This document shows, piece after piece, positions 42,405-42,542 of a stretch of DNA of 42,542 nt. Both the position numbers and the translations under genes were made by a program. The stretch is from a virus. Location of the stretch: the IMG/VR virus record IMGVR_UViG_3300045988_144595, positions 1 through 42,542 of that record. The stretch is one strand, 5' to 3'. The notes beneath the pieces were generated by a model. It was not told the DNA's origin. It saw only the letters and a program-made list of their open reading frames with translations, and did not search any database. Each line of letters begins with the position of its first letter. The first letter of the stretch is position 1.

Positions 42405-42542
42405 ATGCGAAAGTACAAATTAACAGAGGATACGGTTCAAATCACGCGTAACGGCAAAGAAATAACTCTATGCCGAATTGAGGCACTCCGAGACTTCGCC
42501 AACGTGAAAGCAGGCGATAAAGGTGGCTTTATAGAAAACGAA
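42405..42542 (+). CDS. N-terminal part of hexapeptide-repeat (beta-helix-like) protein 1. The gene wraps across the window junction and continues at 2..403 (149 aa in total).
   Basis: ATG at 42405 encodes MRKYKLTEDTVQITRNGKEITLCRIEALRDFANVKAGDKGGFIENE. The frame is continuous with 2..403 after removing the 91-nt overlap. The N-terminus is homologous to the 452..967 paralog. Confidence 0.75.
   Translation, partial: MRKYKLTEDTVQITRNGKEITLCRIEALRDFANVKAGDKGGFIENE
42452..42542. repeat. Second copy of the 91-nt terminal repeat.
   Basis: Identical to nt 1-91. Confidence 0.95.

Noticed and set aside
1-42542. Stop-codon reassignment with suppressor tRNAs, as in some gut phages.
   Set aside because: All large genes (terL, portal, MuF, capsid, 1595-aa tape measure, 1206-aa Tal, int) are intact under the standard bacterial code. 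The tRNA-like elements have no recognisable suppressor anticodon loop.
1-42542. Diversity-generating retroelement or retron, given the repeat proteins, the LRR/fibre genes and the structured RNAs.
   Set aside because: No ORF with reverse-transcriptase motifs (YxDD) occurs anywhere, and no template/variable repeat pair was seen.

Overview
The window is a complete, circularly closed genome of about 42.45 kb from a temperate siphovirus-like phage. Nt 1-91 are identical to nt 42452-42542, and one gene runs across the junction. The host is probably in Bacteroidota: start codons have A-rich leaders without Shine-Dalgarno sequences, several TAnnTTTG -7 boxes have a TTTG 19 nt upstream, and the integrase is Bacteroidales-like.

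Layout on the + strand:
- Early operon (41560 across the junction to about 9578): one small gene, about 445 nt of non-coding structured tRNA-like RNA, two tandem hexapeptide-repeat proteins, an Xis-like HTH, an SSAP plus YqaJ exonuclease, a replication initiator with an internal iteron origin, a DnaC-like loader, two nucleases, two ParB-like proteins and a frameshifted Mom-like gene.
- Packaging and head: terS, terL, portal, a MuF-like protein with a C-terminal GNAT domain, a three-gene reverse-strand island, then scaffold, a decoration-like protein and a lambda-E-like capsid protein.
- Neck and tail: connectors, major tail protein, a tRNA-shaped element, a chaperone with a -1 frameshift, a 1595-aa tape measure, Dit, a roughly 4-kb insert that includes an LRR protein, a triple hairpin array and the holin, then Tal.
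- Lysis: amidase and a unimolecular spanin.
- A self-contained moron cassette, then the integrase flanked by two candidate att regions.
- Reverse-strand lysogeny operon: CI-like repressor, an HsdR-N-type nuclease and a second HTH.

No CRISPR array, rRNA, transposase, reverse transcriptase or canonical tRNA was seen.

The least explained signals are the early tRNA-like RNA cluster, the covarying triple hairpin array, the MuF-GNAT fusion with its low-GC partner gene, and the prophage-expressed nuclease.

All folds and family assignments were made by eye from sequence motifs and need computational confirmation.
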